From the IMG/VR virus record IMGVR_UViG_3300050821_009835, positions 1 to 64,000 of that record: DNA of 64,000 bases; one strand, written 5' to 3'. Shown piece by piece: positions 20,904-30,696 of the stretch (position 1 is the stretch's first letter; each line of letters begins with the position of its first letter). The translations under genes were made by a program, and so were the position numbers. The notes below the pieces were generated by a model. The model was given only the letters and a program-made list of their open reading frames with translations. It had not been told where the DNA came from and did no database searches.

Positions 20904-21694
20904 GATTTTTCCTTAATGGCCTGATTCCCAAACTTGTCCAACCACCATCTAGAGGCATTGAATGCATTCAGGCATAATATGTCCTTTCGTTCAATCACCA
21001 AAATGGTTTTTTCGTTGGCATACCAGCCTTGGACCATGAAGTCCGGGGCTTTCGTCATCTCCATATTTAAGCGATGCAAAAGCACACTAGCAGCGGTTTG
21101 GTCTTGTCGATGGCCAAGTACTCTAGGATCATCGCTAGCTTCTCCGTCTATGTTATTCTTCGGTCCTATGAATGCCCCTTTCTTTTCCAATTCTTGCCAT
21201 TGATGGAAAAATTTTTGGGCGATATCGTGTTTAAAACACAATCCAAAAGCGTTGGTCGAACACTGTGGAACATGAAATGATTCTTCTCTTGTCAGACCAA
21301 GAATCGGGAGAGCTGAATCGCATGTCCATTCTCCGTTGTTGTTGGACATATTATCTGAAAACCAATAACCGCGCTGCTCAATATACTCCCATAGAGGAAT
21401 TAATTGACGTATGGGTATGATAGATGAATCAGCCCAAATAACAGTATCGCAACCCCGTTTATGCGCTTCATCTATGGCGTAGAGTTTAAAAGCATAAGGG
21501 CTGTCTTTCGGTTGGGGGCTTCCTGGTGGAAGATTATAGCCAGTCCATTGCAGAGTTTGTTCCCCCCACATGTGAAAAAAGAAATCCAGACGATGTTGCA
21601 TAGCATCAAAATCCGCCCCGTCATCGTCACAACCGGGATTATGCTTACGCCCACCTCCCACTGAAACTATGATCCGACTCACAATTTCACCCAT
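20900..21694 (-). CDS. Putative nucleotide-diphospho-sugar transferase
   Basis: YAFKLYAI..A...VIWADSS, HRQDQTAAS. Start at ATG 21694 or GTG 21682. Confidence 0.55.
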   Translation of the reverse strand: MGEIVSRIIVSVGGGRKHNPGCDDDGADFDAMQHRLDFFFHMWGEQTLQWTGYNLPPGSPQPKDSPYAFKLYAIDEAHKRGCDTVIWADSSIIPIRQLIPLWEYIEQRGYWFSDNMSNNNGEWTCDSALPILGLTREESFHVPQCSTNAFGLCFKHDIAQKFFHQWQELEKKGAFIGPKNNIDGEASDDPRVLGHRQDQTAASVLLHRLNMEMTKAPDFMVQGWYANEKTILVIERKDILCLNAFNASRWWLDKFGNQAIKEKS

Positions 21695-22455
21695 CTTTCT
21701 GGAATCAAATCTTTTGTGTCTATGTTCGCCGCAAACCACCGTTTTGGGGCGATTACAATACGATTTGTTTGTTGATCCCCTAACCAAGCTCCCCACCAGC
21801 TGAAACTAGAATTAGCCAGTATCGCATGCTGGCAGCCACTCATTAGATAAAGATCCTCGTGGGGGGCATTACTGTTGTGGTCAACCACAATGCAATCCGT
21901 AGGGAAATTTTCCCGGCACCAATGCGGTTCGTCTGAAAAGACAAAAAACTTAACGCCTTCTCGCTGTCCTCGAATGACGTTCATGGCCTTGGTGTAGTAG
22001 TCTATTGTCGGCATACCATGAAATGCATTCGTGCTCCCACTTGTGTAATCTCCACGTCTAACGTGTAGAAATGTGCTGTTTTCTGTTCTCAAGATTGCGT
22101 CCATAATTTGATTCGTTTGGCCACTCGCAGGATTTCGCAGTGTCACTTCTTTACGAACAATATCAGTGTTGAAGTATTTCTCAGTCTGCCAATAACCGAT
22201 GAAGCGACTATCATGAGGAGCTGTATACACACCGCTATCATAACAAAACGAAGGTTCCCGATATTCTGACAGACCTGTTCCATTTGCAAACAAAACATTT
22301 ACGTTGAATGCATCAAGTGAATAAGCACGAAGATGCCTGTCACCTAAATTGTATTTTTCAAAGAAAACATCTTCATTTCTAGCCAAAGACACTGAACGTC
22401 CAAAAGCATACTGGAAGAGTTGATTGCCCACGCCGCCGCAAAGTTGAACGATCAT
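21679..22455 (-). CDS. Alpha-1,2-fucosyltransferase (GT11)
   Basis: GGVGNQLFQYA, GYWQTEKYF, HVRRGDY, FFVFSDEP, DLYLMSGCQHAILANSSFSWWGAWL. Confidence 0.95.
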   Translation of the reverse strand: MIVQLCGGVGNQLFQYAFGRSVSLARNEDVFFEKYNLGDRHLRAYSLDAFNVNVLFANGTGLSEYREPSFCYDSGVYTAPHDSRFIGYWQTEKYFNTDIVRKEVTLRNPASGQTNQIMDAILRTENSTFLHVRRGDYTSGSTNAFHGMPTIDYYTKAMNVIRGQREGVKFFVFSDEPHWCRENFPTDCIVVDHNSNAPHEDLYLMSGCQHAILANSSFSWWGAWLGDQQTNRIVIAPKRWFAANIDTKDLIPERWVKL

Positions 22456-23840
22456 CTAGATTCCTTGTCAAGTGCCAGCAACTTGGGTACTATGCTTACA
22501 CGGCCCGCTCTCTTCCACTTTTCCGCGTAACGCCCAGCGGTCTGATACTCACTCTGTGGGTAACAAAAAGAGGGGTCTAAGATTTTAGCTGGCGGGTGGT
22601 CGTAAAGATACCTCTGAAGGTGACTTTCATCGTGCCAAATAGCAAGAATCCCGTTGGCATCATCTGTATTAACTGCCTCTTTGATTGTTTCCGCCATCTG
22701 TAAAAACGCTGAACTTGCGCCACCATTGAATCCACCACAGAAATAAGTTTCCCCAGTTGGGCAGCAAGCTGTAGACCGAGGGTTGGTTTCGGGAGTTCCA
22801 GGAACGCCCACGTAGCCCGGATGTTCTGTAGCTGTGATGCCACCCGAAAAAATCTCATCTGCCGTCACCGGGGCAACAAACAGCATGTCTGCATCCGAAT
22901 AGAACAACTGATCATATTTGGAAAGAATCTCGCGTGCGCCCCAAATGGCATGATAGCGCATAAGTGTTGCTCGCGGGAATCCAAGATGCACATGCTCTAC
23001 GACGATGCAGTCGGTAAACCCCGTTGGATCATCGGTAAAAATAATCACGTCATGGGGTACAAAAAATTGCTTTGCTGAATCAATAAGCTGCCTGGCGTTT
23101 CTGCGGTAAGTTTCACCCGTCGCAATAATGATGAGAGCTGTTTGTTTTTTAGTGTCGGGAACTGTATCATAACAGGCGTGCATCATTTCTGAGGTGCAGG
23201 GGTGAATGGCGATATTAGAAGTTTGAATCCCCGGCTTGAATAAATCCCCTATCTTTAGAAATTTTGCTCCTATGCTACGATACCTATCATCGTATTTATG
23301 AGCAATGCCACTTTTGTGTAGGACTTCGCCTACCCAATGATCTTCTAAAGTGTTTGTTATCCTTCCATTAGCAATCAGATCGGCAGACCTTCTACTCACC
23401 CAGTATCCCAGTCCGGTTGCATAAGGATATTTGCCCAGGTAACTAATGGCTCCGATATAATCGTGTGCTTCGAAACCGCTACCCATTAAACGATCTACCC
23501 AGATGTATGTATCATCATCAGTCATGAAGATATGGTCATAGCCCTGTTTCACTGCCCAAGCACAAATGGCTTTAGTTTTATAGGGTAAACTTTTGTAATC
23601 ATCGCAGCAATCCAAAACTACTTCATCGGATAATAAGGCACGATTGGCCCCTTGTCCATAGAAAAATCTAACATCAGTATTGAGGTATGCTGTAAAGTCT
23701 TTTACCCAAGTATCACGGCATGCCTTAATCTGCTCGTCAACATTGTTAGAGCGATGCTTTTCTTGATTGGTCCAATCCCAGCCTTTTCCTGTCATGGGAA
23801 CATAGCGATGACAAGCTTTTATAGCAACCAGAACTTTCAT
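22452..23840 (-). CDS. Bifunctional glycosyltransferase: N-terminal GT31/Fringe-like domain plus C-terminal GT6 (ABO-type) domain
   Basis: N-terminal domain: D.Y.SLPYKT..I.AWA..GYDHIFMTDDDTY. C-terminal domain: IIFTD, FPRATLMRY, YSDAD, YFCGGFNGG, WHDESHLQRY. ATG 23840 overlaps the upstream stop. Confidence 0.85.
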   Translation of the reverse strand: MKVLVAIKACHRYVPMTGKGWDWTNQEKHRSNNVDEQIKACRDTWVKDFTAYLNTDVRFFYGQGANRALLSDEVVLDCCDDYKSLPYKTKAICAWAVKQGYDHIFMTDDDTYIWVDRLMGSGFEAHDYIGAISYLGKYPYATGLGYWVSRRSADLIANGRITNTLEDHWVGEVLHKSGIAHKYDDRYRSIGAKFLKIGDLFKPGIQTSNIAIHPCTSEMMHACYDTVPDTKKQTALIIIATGETYRRNARQLIDSAKQFFVPHDVIIFTDDPTGFTDCIVVEHVHLGFPRATLMRYHAIWGAREILSKYDQLFYSDADMLFVAPVTADEIFSGGITATEHPGYVGVPGTPETNPRSTACCPTGETYFCGGFNGGASSAFLQMAETIKEAVNTDDANGILAIWHDESHLQRYLYDHPPAKILDPSFCYPQSEYQTAGRYAEKWKRAGRVSIVPKLLALDKESR

Positions 23841-24541
23841 GATGGGAGATTCCTCTGCTCGTACGGCTGTTTCCCATTTATAGCCGGACGATTGGGAGTG
23901 CCTTTTGGGACCCGCCATATTTTTGTGGCTGGAGTTCTAGACCATGTGTTGTAATCTAGCCCCAGTTCCACAGTTGGCGGGAATTCGTACAAATATCGAT
24001 TGAGATGACTTTCATCATGCCAAGTGGCAATGAAATCGTTGGCATTGTCTATATCAATCCGCTTACTGATGATCTCTGCCATGGACAGAAATGCTTGGGT
24101 TTTTCCTCCTTGGAAACCACCGATGTACATCTTGCGAATATCCTTTTTGCTAAGGTAAGCGGTAGAACGAGGGTCTTCTTCCGGGGTGCAGTATTGGCCG
24201 CCGCTCATAATGAATGAGGCGTGAATACAAGCAGTAATGCCGTCGGAGAGAATTTCTGTTCCTATTGGAGCAGTCATGTTCATACAGATGTCCATGTAGA
24301 AGATGTATTCATACTGGGACAGCCATTCTCGTTGATTGAGCATGGTATGATAGCGCATCAATGTAACATGAGGCCAGCCTACGTGAGGAATTTGCACTTG
24401 TTTGGTGACCCCAAATCGCTGGGGACTATCTGTAAATAGCAAGATGTCGGAAGGAAGGAATCGTGCCGAAGTGATGGCAGGTTGAATAAATTTATGGTAG
24501 TCTCGTCCAGTGCAAATGAAGATTAAAGCAGTTTTATTCAT
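23837..24541 (-). CDS. GT6 (ABO blood-group-type alpha-1,3-Gal/GalNAc transferase)
   Basis: LIFICTG.DY, LLFTD, WPHVTLMRY, YMDIC, MYIGGFQGG, WHDESHLNRY. Confidence 0.88.
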   Translation of the reverse strand: MNKTALIFICTGRDYHKFIQPAITSARFLPSDILLFTDSPQRFGVTKQVQIPHVGWPHVTLMRYHTMLNQREWLSQYEYIFYMDICMNMTAPIGTEILSDGITACIHASFIMSGGQYCTPEEDPRSTAYLSKKDIRKMYIGGFQGGKTQAFLSMAEIISKRIDIDNANDFIATWHDESHLNRYLYEFPPTVELGLDYNTWSRTPATKIWRVPKGTPNRPAINGKQPYEQRNLPS

Positions 24542-25185
24542 TCCAGCAATCCTCTCACCGTTTCCCATGTCACAGGTCTATACTCGAGAGGTCCTAAAGT
24601 CTTCTTGCAAGCATTAGCGGGGTGCACAGCCGCGACCACCAAGGTTGGATCTTTGATATCCAATTTTGCAGAAGGTGGCAATTTGAGCTGGAGTTTATAG
24701 TCTGAACCCGCTGCCGAAGGTTCAAATTTATGATTTTCCCAGAGTTTTTTACGAAAGGCAATAGAGGCTAACCAGTTCACGCGGGGCGGCGAAGTATAAT
24801 GCCAGGCTTGATGAAAGTCTTCTTTCACAAAATACAACGTACTGGTACCTGTTAACATCAGTGCAGGGCTATCTATCATTGGTTGAATCTGGTGCGAAAT
24901 TCTATGAGTGGGATACACATCATCATCATCATGGACTATACAATATTCTCCTGAAGCATACTCGCAACAGATATTCATTTTCTGCCCATGATTTTTCTGA
25001 GGGAGATCTCGGAAATACTTTATTCTGGGATCATCGGGAAGCAGGTCTTTGATAGGATCTGGGCCATCATCTAACACTATGAGTTCAAGATTGGGGTAGT
25101 CTTGTTTTTGAAAACACTTGATGGCACGAGGGATGAACGCTCGTCTGTTGAAGGTTGGCATTAAAGCCGAAACTAGAGGCATCAT
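24538..25185 (-). CDS. Glycosyltransferase family 2
   Basis: VSALMPTFNR, ELIVLDDG, VHDDDD. Confidence 0.85.
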   Translation of the reverse strand: MMPLVSALMPTFNRRAFIPRAIKCFQKQDYPNLELIVLDDGPDPIKDLLPDDPRIKYFRDLPQKNHGQKMNICCEYASGEYCIVHDDDDVYPTHRISHQIQPMIDSPALMLTGTSTLYFVKEDFHQAWHYTSPPRVNWLASIAFRKKLWENHKFEPSAAGSDYKLQLKLPPSAKLDIKDPTLVVAAVHPANACKKTLGPLEYRPVTWETVRGLLE

Positions 25186-25784
25186 AAGATAGCAACGTGA
25201 CGATCATGCTTTCCGAAATTATAAAATTTGAGTTCTTTGTGAAATCGATCCACCGCTATTTCTACAACTGCTTTTGCGGCACCCGGCCAATGAGAATCAG
25301 CGAAATCATCTACAATAACAACACCACCCTCTACCATACGGGGGAGTACGAATTCTAACGCCGCCTTAGTGGGTTCATACAAGTCTACGTCAATGTGAGC
25401 GAATGCGATACGGGAATCTTCTAAGCCAGCGAAGGTATCGGGTATCGTACCTGGGTGTAAAATCGCAAAATCAGCATTTACAAAACCTCGAACATCCTCG
25501 ACAGAGGTAGCGGTAAACATACCTTTCTTTGGATAGGTACCATCTTCTGAGTTTATGTTAGGAAATCCCGAAAAGGTGTCAAACAATCGGAGATGGCGTG
25601 GGCGATATCGTAAAACTTCTGCCAGGATTCTAGCACTCCCGCCCCGAAATACTCCACATTCCCAAAATTCGCCTTGGAGGGAAGCTGCATCTCCCGCATT
25701 GCTATATAGAGATCGGGCACGATTGACGTCCATCTGCAATCGGGGTTTTACTAATTCGAATATTTCCTGAAAGGACATCCTCAT
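25182..25784 (-). CDS. TylF/MycF/NovP-family sugar O-methyltransferase
   Basis: WECGVFRGGS, LFDTFSGFP, AHIDVDLYE, GGVVIVDDF. Confidence 0.88.
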   Translation of the reverse strand: MRMSFQEIFELVKPRLQMDVNRARSLYSNAGDAASLQGEFWECGVFRGGSARILAEVLRYRPRHLRLFDTFSGFPNINSEDGTYPKKGMFTATSVEDVRGFVNADFAILHPGTIPDTFAGLEDSRIAFAHIDVDLYEPTKAALEFVLPRMVEGGVVIVDDFADSHWPGAAKAVVEIAVDRFHKELKFYNFGKHDRHVAIL

Positions 25785-26569
25785 TTTCTTCCTGAAATAC
25801 GGCGACTTTTTGATTTGATGGTTGGGTTGGGTTTATACAACTCTTTTAATCCCATGCCTTTGCACGGATAGGAATCCAATGGTAGTGTATACATCTTGCC
25901 ATCTTGGTCTAAATGCACAGGGAGTACACCCCCGTGAGCCATGATTTTGAATCCTGCTTTCGTAACCTTGTCGCAAAAATACAGATCGTCTGTCCCACCC
26001 TCATGAGCACAGACACTTGGTTCGCCATCCCCTAAGTCTATAATTTTGTCTACGGGATTCTCTCGAGGTTCAAAAAACCAAGGTTTAGAGAGGTGTTTAA
26101 AAACTTCTGTTTTGATAAGCATGGCACCTGTTCCCAAGCCAGCGCACTCGAATATATCTCCCACTTTCCATTTGTAGTATGGTCCACCACCGAGTTTCTT
26201 AAACACTATGGGCTGAGGAGGATCGGACTTAGTGCAGTAGATACCCCCGCATATCATAATAGAAGGGTCTTTTTCTATTTCTGTATGCAGATGAGTCAAA
26301 GTGAAGTTGGGGCAGATAGTATCGTCGTCCAGAAAGAACAGGTACTCGGCTCCTATATCCACGACTTTCTCCGCTATAATCTCCCGATTCTTGGCCCTAT
26401 CTGCGTGCTTCTCTAGTCGATTTCTACGTTCTATATCGGGATTACCTCTGACCATCCACGCAACAGACATGCCAACAGGCGGCCCTAAGCCAGGCAGGCT
26501 CATAGCCCAGCGTATGTCTACTTTGCGCCCAGAAGTTGCTATTCCAATTGCTATGCCGTCGAAACTCAT
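25781..26569 (-). CDS. GT2-like glycosyltransferase (phage type)
   Basis: NREIIAE..YLFFLDDD, GGIY, GLGTGAMLIK..VF..PWF, DDLYFC..GFKI. Confidence 0.75.
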   Translation of the reverse strand: MSFDGIAIGIATSGRKVDIRWAMSLPGLGPPVGMSVAWMVRGNPDIERRNRLEKHADRAKNREIIAEKVVDIGAEYLFFLDDDTICPNFTLTHLHTEIEKDPSIMICGGIYCTKSDPPQPIVFKKLGGGPYYKWKVGDIFECAGLGTGAMLIKTEVFKHLSKPWFFEPRENPVDKIIDLGDGEPSVCAHEGGTDDLYFCDKVTKAGFKIMAHGGVLPVHLDQDGKMYTLPLDSYPCKGMGLKELYKPNPTIKSKSRRISGRK

Positions 26570-28111
26570 TTACAGATAGAATACTGTGCCTTGCAAAGTT
26601 CCAGTCGTAGTCGTAGTCGTGGAAGAATATGTTGTCGATAGAGAGATCGTGATACCATTGGAGAAGTTTGCCAAAGCAATGGCACCTGGCGGGATACAAA
26701 ATCCTGTACCATAACCAGTAACTCCTGCAGGACCCGTGTAAACCGCAAAAGACATTATCCAGTTTGCCAATGTCGTGTTGGTTGTGTTCCAGAACTGTAA
26801 AAACAGCTGGGTTGTTGTAGTGGATGTAGCTGTAAAGAAGACGTTGAATCCATATAAGTTTCCAGCAGTCCCTTTGACGTTCGCTACACCAATGCCAGAG
26901 TGAGAACTGACAAGACTGGTTGCCGCACCCAATGAAGCATTGGGTATATTGACAGCGTTAACCGCCATAACTTCCGTGCCTGTGGGTGCAGTTCCTAGGG
27001 CGGAAATTGCAGCCGTGATGACGTTGGTCTGGTCGCAGATTGCAGTGAATACGCCATTGGTTTTGGCGTTGGTTACGCCCAAGTTCCCAACAACGTTCAC
27101 ATCCACCACGCCTGTAGCGGTTGTGGTTTGATTTGTACGGGCTAGTGTCGTCCCCATGAACAACGAGGCATTAACACCAAGGGCATTGCCAGTTGGGGCA
27201 GTGGTACCAAAAGTGTTAGGCGTACCAAGAGCCGTAGTGCCTGAGAACATGGAAGCATTAACAGTACCTGCAATTACTGCACCCGGTGTCGTGCCAAAAT
27301 TTACGGCTGCACCCAGAGCAGTTCCTGCCCAGGCTTGCAAATCAGAGTTAAGTGCACCGTGCAGATCGGTAACGGGTAAAACCATATCCCCAGTTGTGTA
27401 GGTCACTGTAGAATATGCAGTTTCAGCAATTGCCGGTAATACGCCAATCAGAGTAGCGCCCGGAGCTGCATTGTTGTTGGTGAGAGTACCAACAGCACTG
27501 ACATTGAGGGCACTGCCCGTAGCGGAAAGCGCAGTCTGCCCAGCGAATAATTCGGCATTAACAGCTTGCACATCAACCGTGACGGCTGGAGCGGTTCCCC
27601 AAACAGTTTGTCCCGAAACAAAAACATTGAGCGATGATACAGGAGGGCTTCCTGCAGTTGTAAAAGTTGCCCCGGTAATGCCCACAGTCCCGTACACAAC
27701 ACTGTTTGCATTGACGAACGAATCTGCAGCATAGCCGATTATGACGGTTCCGGTTCCAAGAATAACTGTACTCAGAAGAACCTGGAAATAGGGGATAGCT
27801 GTGAGGTTGAATTCAAAAGCAGCGTAAGTATTGTTCTGGAGATTATAGGTAGGACCGATTATGGTTGTAGTGCCGGGTGTGATGCCTTCGAGATTGAACC
27901 AATTTGTACCATCTAAAGAGCCCTGAAATGTGACTGTGCCCTGAGTGATTGTACTAGATTGTTTGAGGGTAACAATCAGTGTATTGTACGAGTAATCTTG
28001 GCTTACAAGTGAAGCCACTGTATTAAGAGTAGTGGCTTGACTCCACGTAACAAATGAAGCATTCGATTCACCAACTGATAAACTAGCTTGAATTGGGAAC
28101 TGTGATTCCAT
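26570..28111 (-). CDS. 513-aa Thr/Ala/Gly/Asn-rich modular putative virion protein
   Basis: Shares the TITQGxVTFQGxxDGTNW and GTLTNNNAAP..LPAIAETAY..GDMVLPVTDLHGAL modules with the 827-aa gene. Its stop is directly adjacent to the next ATG. Confidence 0.6.
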   Translation of the reverse strand: MESQFPIQASLSVGESNASFVTWSQATTLNTVASLVSQDYSYNTLIVTLKQSSTITQGTVTFQGSLDGTNWFNLEGITPGTTTIIGPTYNLQNNTYAAFEFNLTAIPYFQVLLSTVILGTGTVIIGYAADSFVNANSVVYGTVGITGATFTTAGSPPVSSLNVFVSGQTVWGTAPAVTVDVQAVNAELFAGQTALSATGSALNVSAVGTLTNNNAAPGATLIGVLPAIAETAYSTVTYTTGDMVLPVTDLHGALNSDLQAWAGTALGAAVNFGTTPGAVIAGTVNASMFSGTTALGTPNTFGTTAPTGNALGVNASLFMGTTLARTNQTTTATGVVDVNVVGNLGVTNAKTNGVFTAICDQTNVITAAISALGTAPTGTEVMAVNAVNIPNASLGAATSLVSSHSGIGVANVKGTAGNLYGFNVFFTATSTTTTQLFLQFWNTTNTTLANWIMSFAVYTGPAGVTGYGTGFCIPPGAIALANFSNGITISLSTTYSSTTTTTTGTLQGTVFYL

Positions 28112-30020
28112 GAAAACTTCCTTTACAGAAGACTTTCTTTAGCTACAAATGTCTGACTACAACGCCGCGCTTTGTTCGGACCACTGAATAGATGCAAGCA
28201 TTTGAGCAGTGCCTGTAATGGATTGTCCACAAATGGAGAATTTATCTCCTGGCGTGCCTGCTGCGATGGCTTGGAGAAGAGCTTGTTGAATGTTAACCGT
28301 CCCCACGTATCCAGAAAAGACCACAGTCCCGGCAGTGATAGCAGATGCAACTATATCGGTTTTCATATTGCCTTCTGTTCCAGTAAAGGTCGCGCCCGTC
28401 AGAGTTCCGTTCTTTACTACACGAACCAACGCGATAGTACCATTGCTGCCGACGTTGATGCCGCGTAGCAAGAAGATAATTGAAGATGAGTTTGTCTCGA
28501 TAGAAAGCAAAGGAATTAGAGTTGTACCTACTGCGACCTGCGTAGCGGCGTTATCGAAACTGTAATATGACAGAGATGAAGCATTTGCTTCATCAACTGG
28601 TACCATACGGACTGCACCACCCAGAGAAGTGGTTGCTAGAACTTGATCACCCTGCGTGTAAGCTTCAGCAGAAGCTGTAGCAATATAGTCTAACGAGCCA
28701 ATATTAGTTGTCGTTGGGGCTGCGTTGTTGTTAGTCAGGTTGCCCACAACTGTAGTATTTCCTGACGAACCTGCGATTTCAACGTTAAGTGCGCCGCCAG
28801 TATTCGTTAAGGCTGTTGTACCACTAAAGAGCGAGACGTTTGCGTTGACTGCTTTAACAGCACCCGGCCCCGTACCAAAGTTTGCCATGGCACCCATGGC
28901 GTTTGTGCCGTCGCTAATTTCAGTAAACAGCGGATTAGCTGCGCTGATTGCCGCAGTTCCTTGGAAAATAGAAGCGTTTACACCCACTACGTTGACTGCG
29001 GCGGGAGCTGAACCAAAGGCCGTAACGCCTGTTGCACCCAACTGAACTCCAGCAACAGCTTGGAGATCCTCGTTGAGAGCACCGTGTAGATCTGTGACTG
29101 GAAGAACTAGATCACCAGTGGTGTAGGTGACCGTGGTATACGCAGTTTCAGCGATTGCAGGCAAAACTCCAATCAACGAAGCTGTGGGCGCTGCATTGTT
29201 GTTAGTTAGAGTACCATCAACTATTGTTGTGCCTGATAAAGGTAAGTTGGTCGGTTCTGTGGCTAACGACGCCCAGTATGGCGTTACAGATCCAGATCCT
29301 GTGAATGTGGTAGAGACATCAGTGCGAATACCGACGTAACCTTGAGCCAAAATGAGGAATGCAATATTCGTGCTGGCCTGCAGAGTATAAGGATTCGTCA
29401 ACGGTGCATAAGTGTTTGGATTAAGCACCTGAGCAACAGGAATCGTCGTCCAGTTTACGTTGTCATAAGTTCCCTGGAATGTTACGGCACCAGCAGTGAT
29501 AGTAGTTGTTTGATCAAGAGCTACTAGATAAGCCGGGGCACCCGACAGTTGACCTTGTGTTGTTGTTCCAGTTGGATATTGGAACGTTCCACCTGGGGTG
29601 CTACCGCCAGCCCAGACTGTTCCTGTCTTAAACTGCACGCCAGGAAAGTTTAACAGGTTGGCTGATTGATCCTGCTGCACTGCCGTAGCTTGCGTGGCTG
29701 TTGGAGCAGGTTCTGTCGTGCTGTAGATGCCACTTACTGCCAACGCATTTGTTGGGGCTGTGCCAGATCCAACTGTGGAATCTAATGTGGCCGCCCCGTG
29801 GCCTTCAATTCCCACCATTTGTACGCCGGATGCGGCTGTAACAACAGCAGTGCCTCCAACAGCTTGCACATCAGTATTGAGAGCCCCGTGTAGGTCAGTA
29901 ACAGGCAGTACCATGTCGCCTGTTGTGTAGGTGGCGGTTGTATATGCCGTTTCAGCAATTGCGGGTAGTACCCCGAGGTTGTTATTGGACGGGACTGCAT
30001 TGTTATTCGAGAGAGTGCCA
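27341..30020 (-). repeat. Dispersed ~150-bp coding repeat, three copies (~27341-27490, ~29061-29215, ~29871-30020)
   Basis: Each encodes GTL(T/S)NNNA(A/V)P...GVLPAIAETAY.T.TYTTGD.VLPVTDLHGALN. Copies differ mostly at synonymous sites. A degenerate fourth copy lies near 28620-28750. Confidence 0.85.
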
Positions 30021-30640
30021 GATACTGTAGAGCCCGCACTAGTAGTGATGCTTGGTTCATATGCTAATGTCGCCCAGTTTGGTGTAACAGATCCTGACCC
30101 CAAAATTACAGTAGACAATTCAGCACGGATTGCAATAAAACCCTGAGACAGGATGAGGAACGGAACATTCGTGCTCGGTACGAATGTGTAAGGGTTTGTT
30201 AACTGCGCAAAAGTTGCAGGGTTTAAAACTTGCGCAGTTGGAATTGTTATCCAGTTGGTGCCATCATAGGTCCCCTGAAAAGTCACTGCACCTTGAGTGA
30301 TGGTTGTAGTCTGGTCGAGTGCTATTAAATAAGCTGGAGCGCCTGCAAAAGCACCAATGGTTGCGGTGCCTGTAGCGTATTGAAGTGTGTTAGAACCTGT
30401 GCCGCTATTCCATGCAGCACCCGTTTTGAACTGAATTCCAGGAAAGGCAAGCGAGTTTCCCGATTGATCGGATTGGGCAGCAACTAACTGTCCGTTAGCT
30501 GGAGAGGGTGCTGTGGTGCTATAAACTGCACCATCCTGAATCGCAGCTGCAGGAGCGGCAGCTCCAGGAACTCCCAGAACTGCATTACCCGCGATATCGT
30601 TTAGCCCAAATACTGTGATGCCAGTGTATAAATTAGGCAT
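28157..30640 (-). CDS. 827-aa Thr/Ala/Gly-rich internally duplicated putative virion protein
   Basis: Two tandem ~190-aa units (FPGxQFKTG..PAYLxALDQTTTITxGAVTFQGTYD..VLNP..TNPY..PVTDLHGAL). C-terminal domain (TTLIPLLSI..KNGTL) is related to that of the 447-aa gene. Confidence 0.65.
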   Translation of the reverse strand: MPNLYTGITVFGLNDIAGNAVLGVPGAAAPAAAIQDGAVYSTTAPSPANGQLVAAQSDQSGNSLAFPGIQFKTGAAWNSGTGSNTLQYATGTATIGAFAGAPAYLIALDQTTTITQGAVTFQGTYDGTNWITIPTAQVLNPATFAQLTNPYTFVPSTNVPFLILSQGFIAIRAELSTVILGSGSVTPNWATLAYEPSITTSAGSTVSGTLSNNNAVPSNNNLGVLPAIAETAYTTATYTTGDMVLPVTDLHGALNTDVQAVGGTAVVTAASGVQMVGIEGHGAATLDSTVGSGTAPTNALAVSGIYSTTEPAPTATQATAVQQDQSANLLNFPGVQFKTGTVWAGGSTPGGTFQYPTGTTTQGQLSGAPAYLVALDQTTTITAGAVTFQGTYDNVNWTTIPVAQVLNPNTYAPLTNPYTLQASTNIAFLILAQGYVGIRTDVSTTFTGSGSVTPYWASLATEPTNLPLSGTTIVDGTLTNNNAAPTASLIGVLPAIAETAYTTVTYTTGDLVLPVTDLHGALNEDLQAVAGVQLGATGVTAFGSAPAAVNVVGVNASIFQGTAAISAANPLFTEISDGTNAMGAMANFGTGPGAVKAVNANVSLFSGTTALTNTGGALNVEIAGSSGNTTVVGNLTNNNAAPTTTNIGSLDYIATASAEAYTQGDQVLATTSLGGAVRMVPVDEANASSLSYYSFDNAATQVAVGTTLIPLLSIETNSSSIIFLLRGINVGSNGTIALVRVVKNGTLTGATFTGTEGNMKTDIVASAITAGTVVFSGYVGTVNIQQALLQAIAAGTPGDKFSICGQSITGTAQMLASIQWSEQSAAL

Positions 30641-30696
30641 GTTTTCTCTCCTAAACTATTGGCAGATCTTCTCTATCTATTAAACAGGAAGTGATT

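Noticed and set aside
27341-30020. Diversity-generating retroelement TR/VR pair
   Set aside because: All copies are in-frame coding and differ at all four bases, mostly synonymously. No reverse transcriptase in the window.
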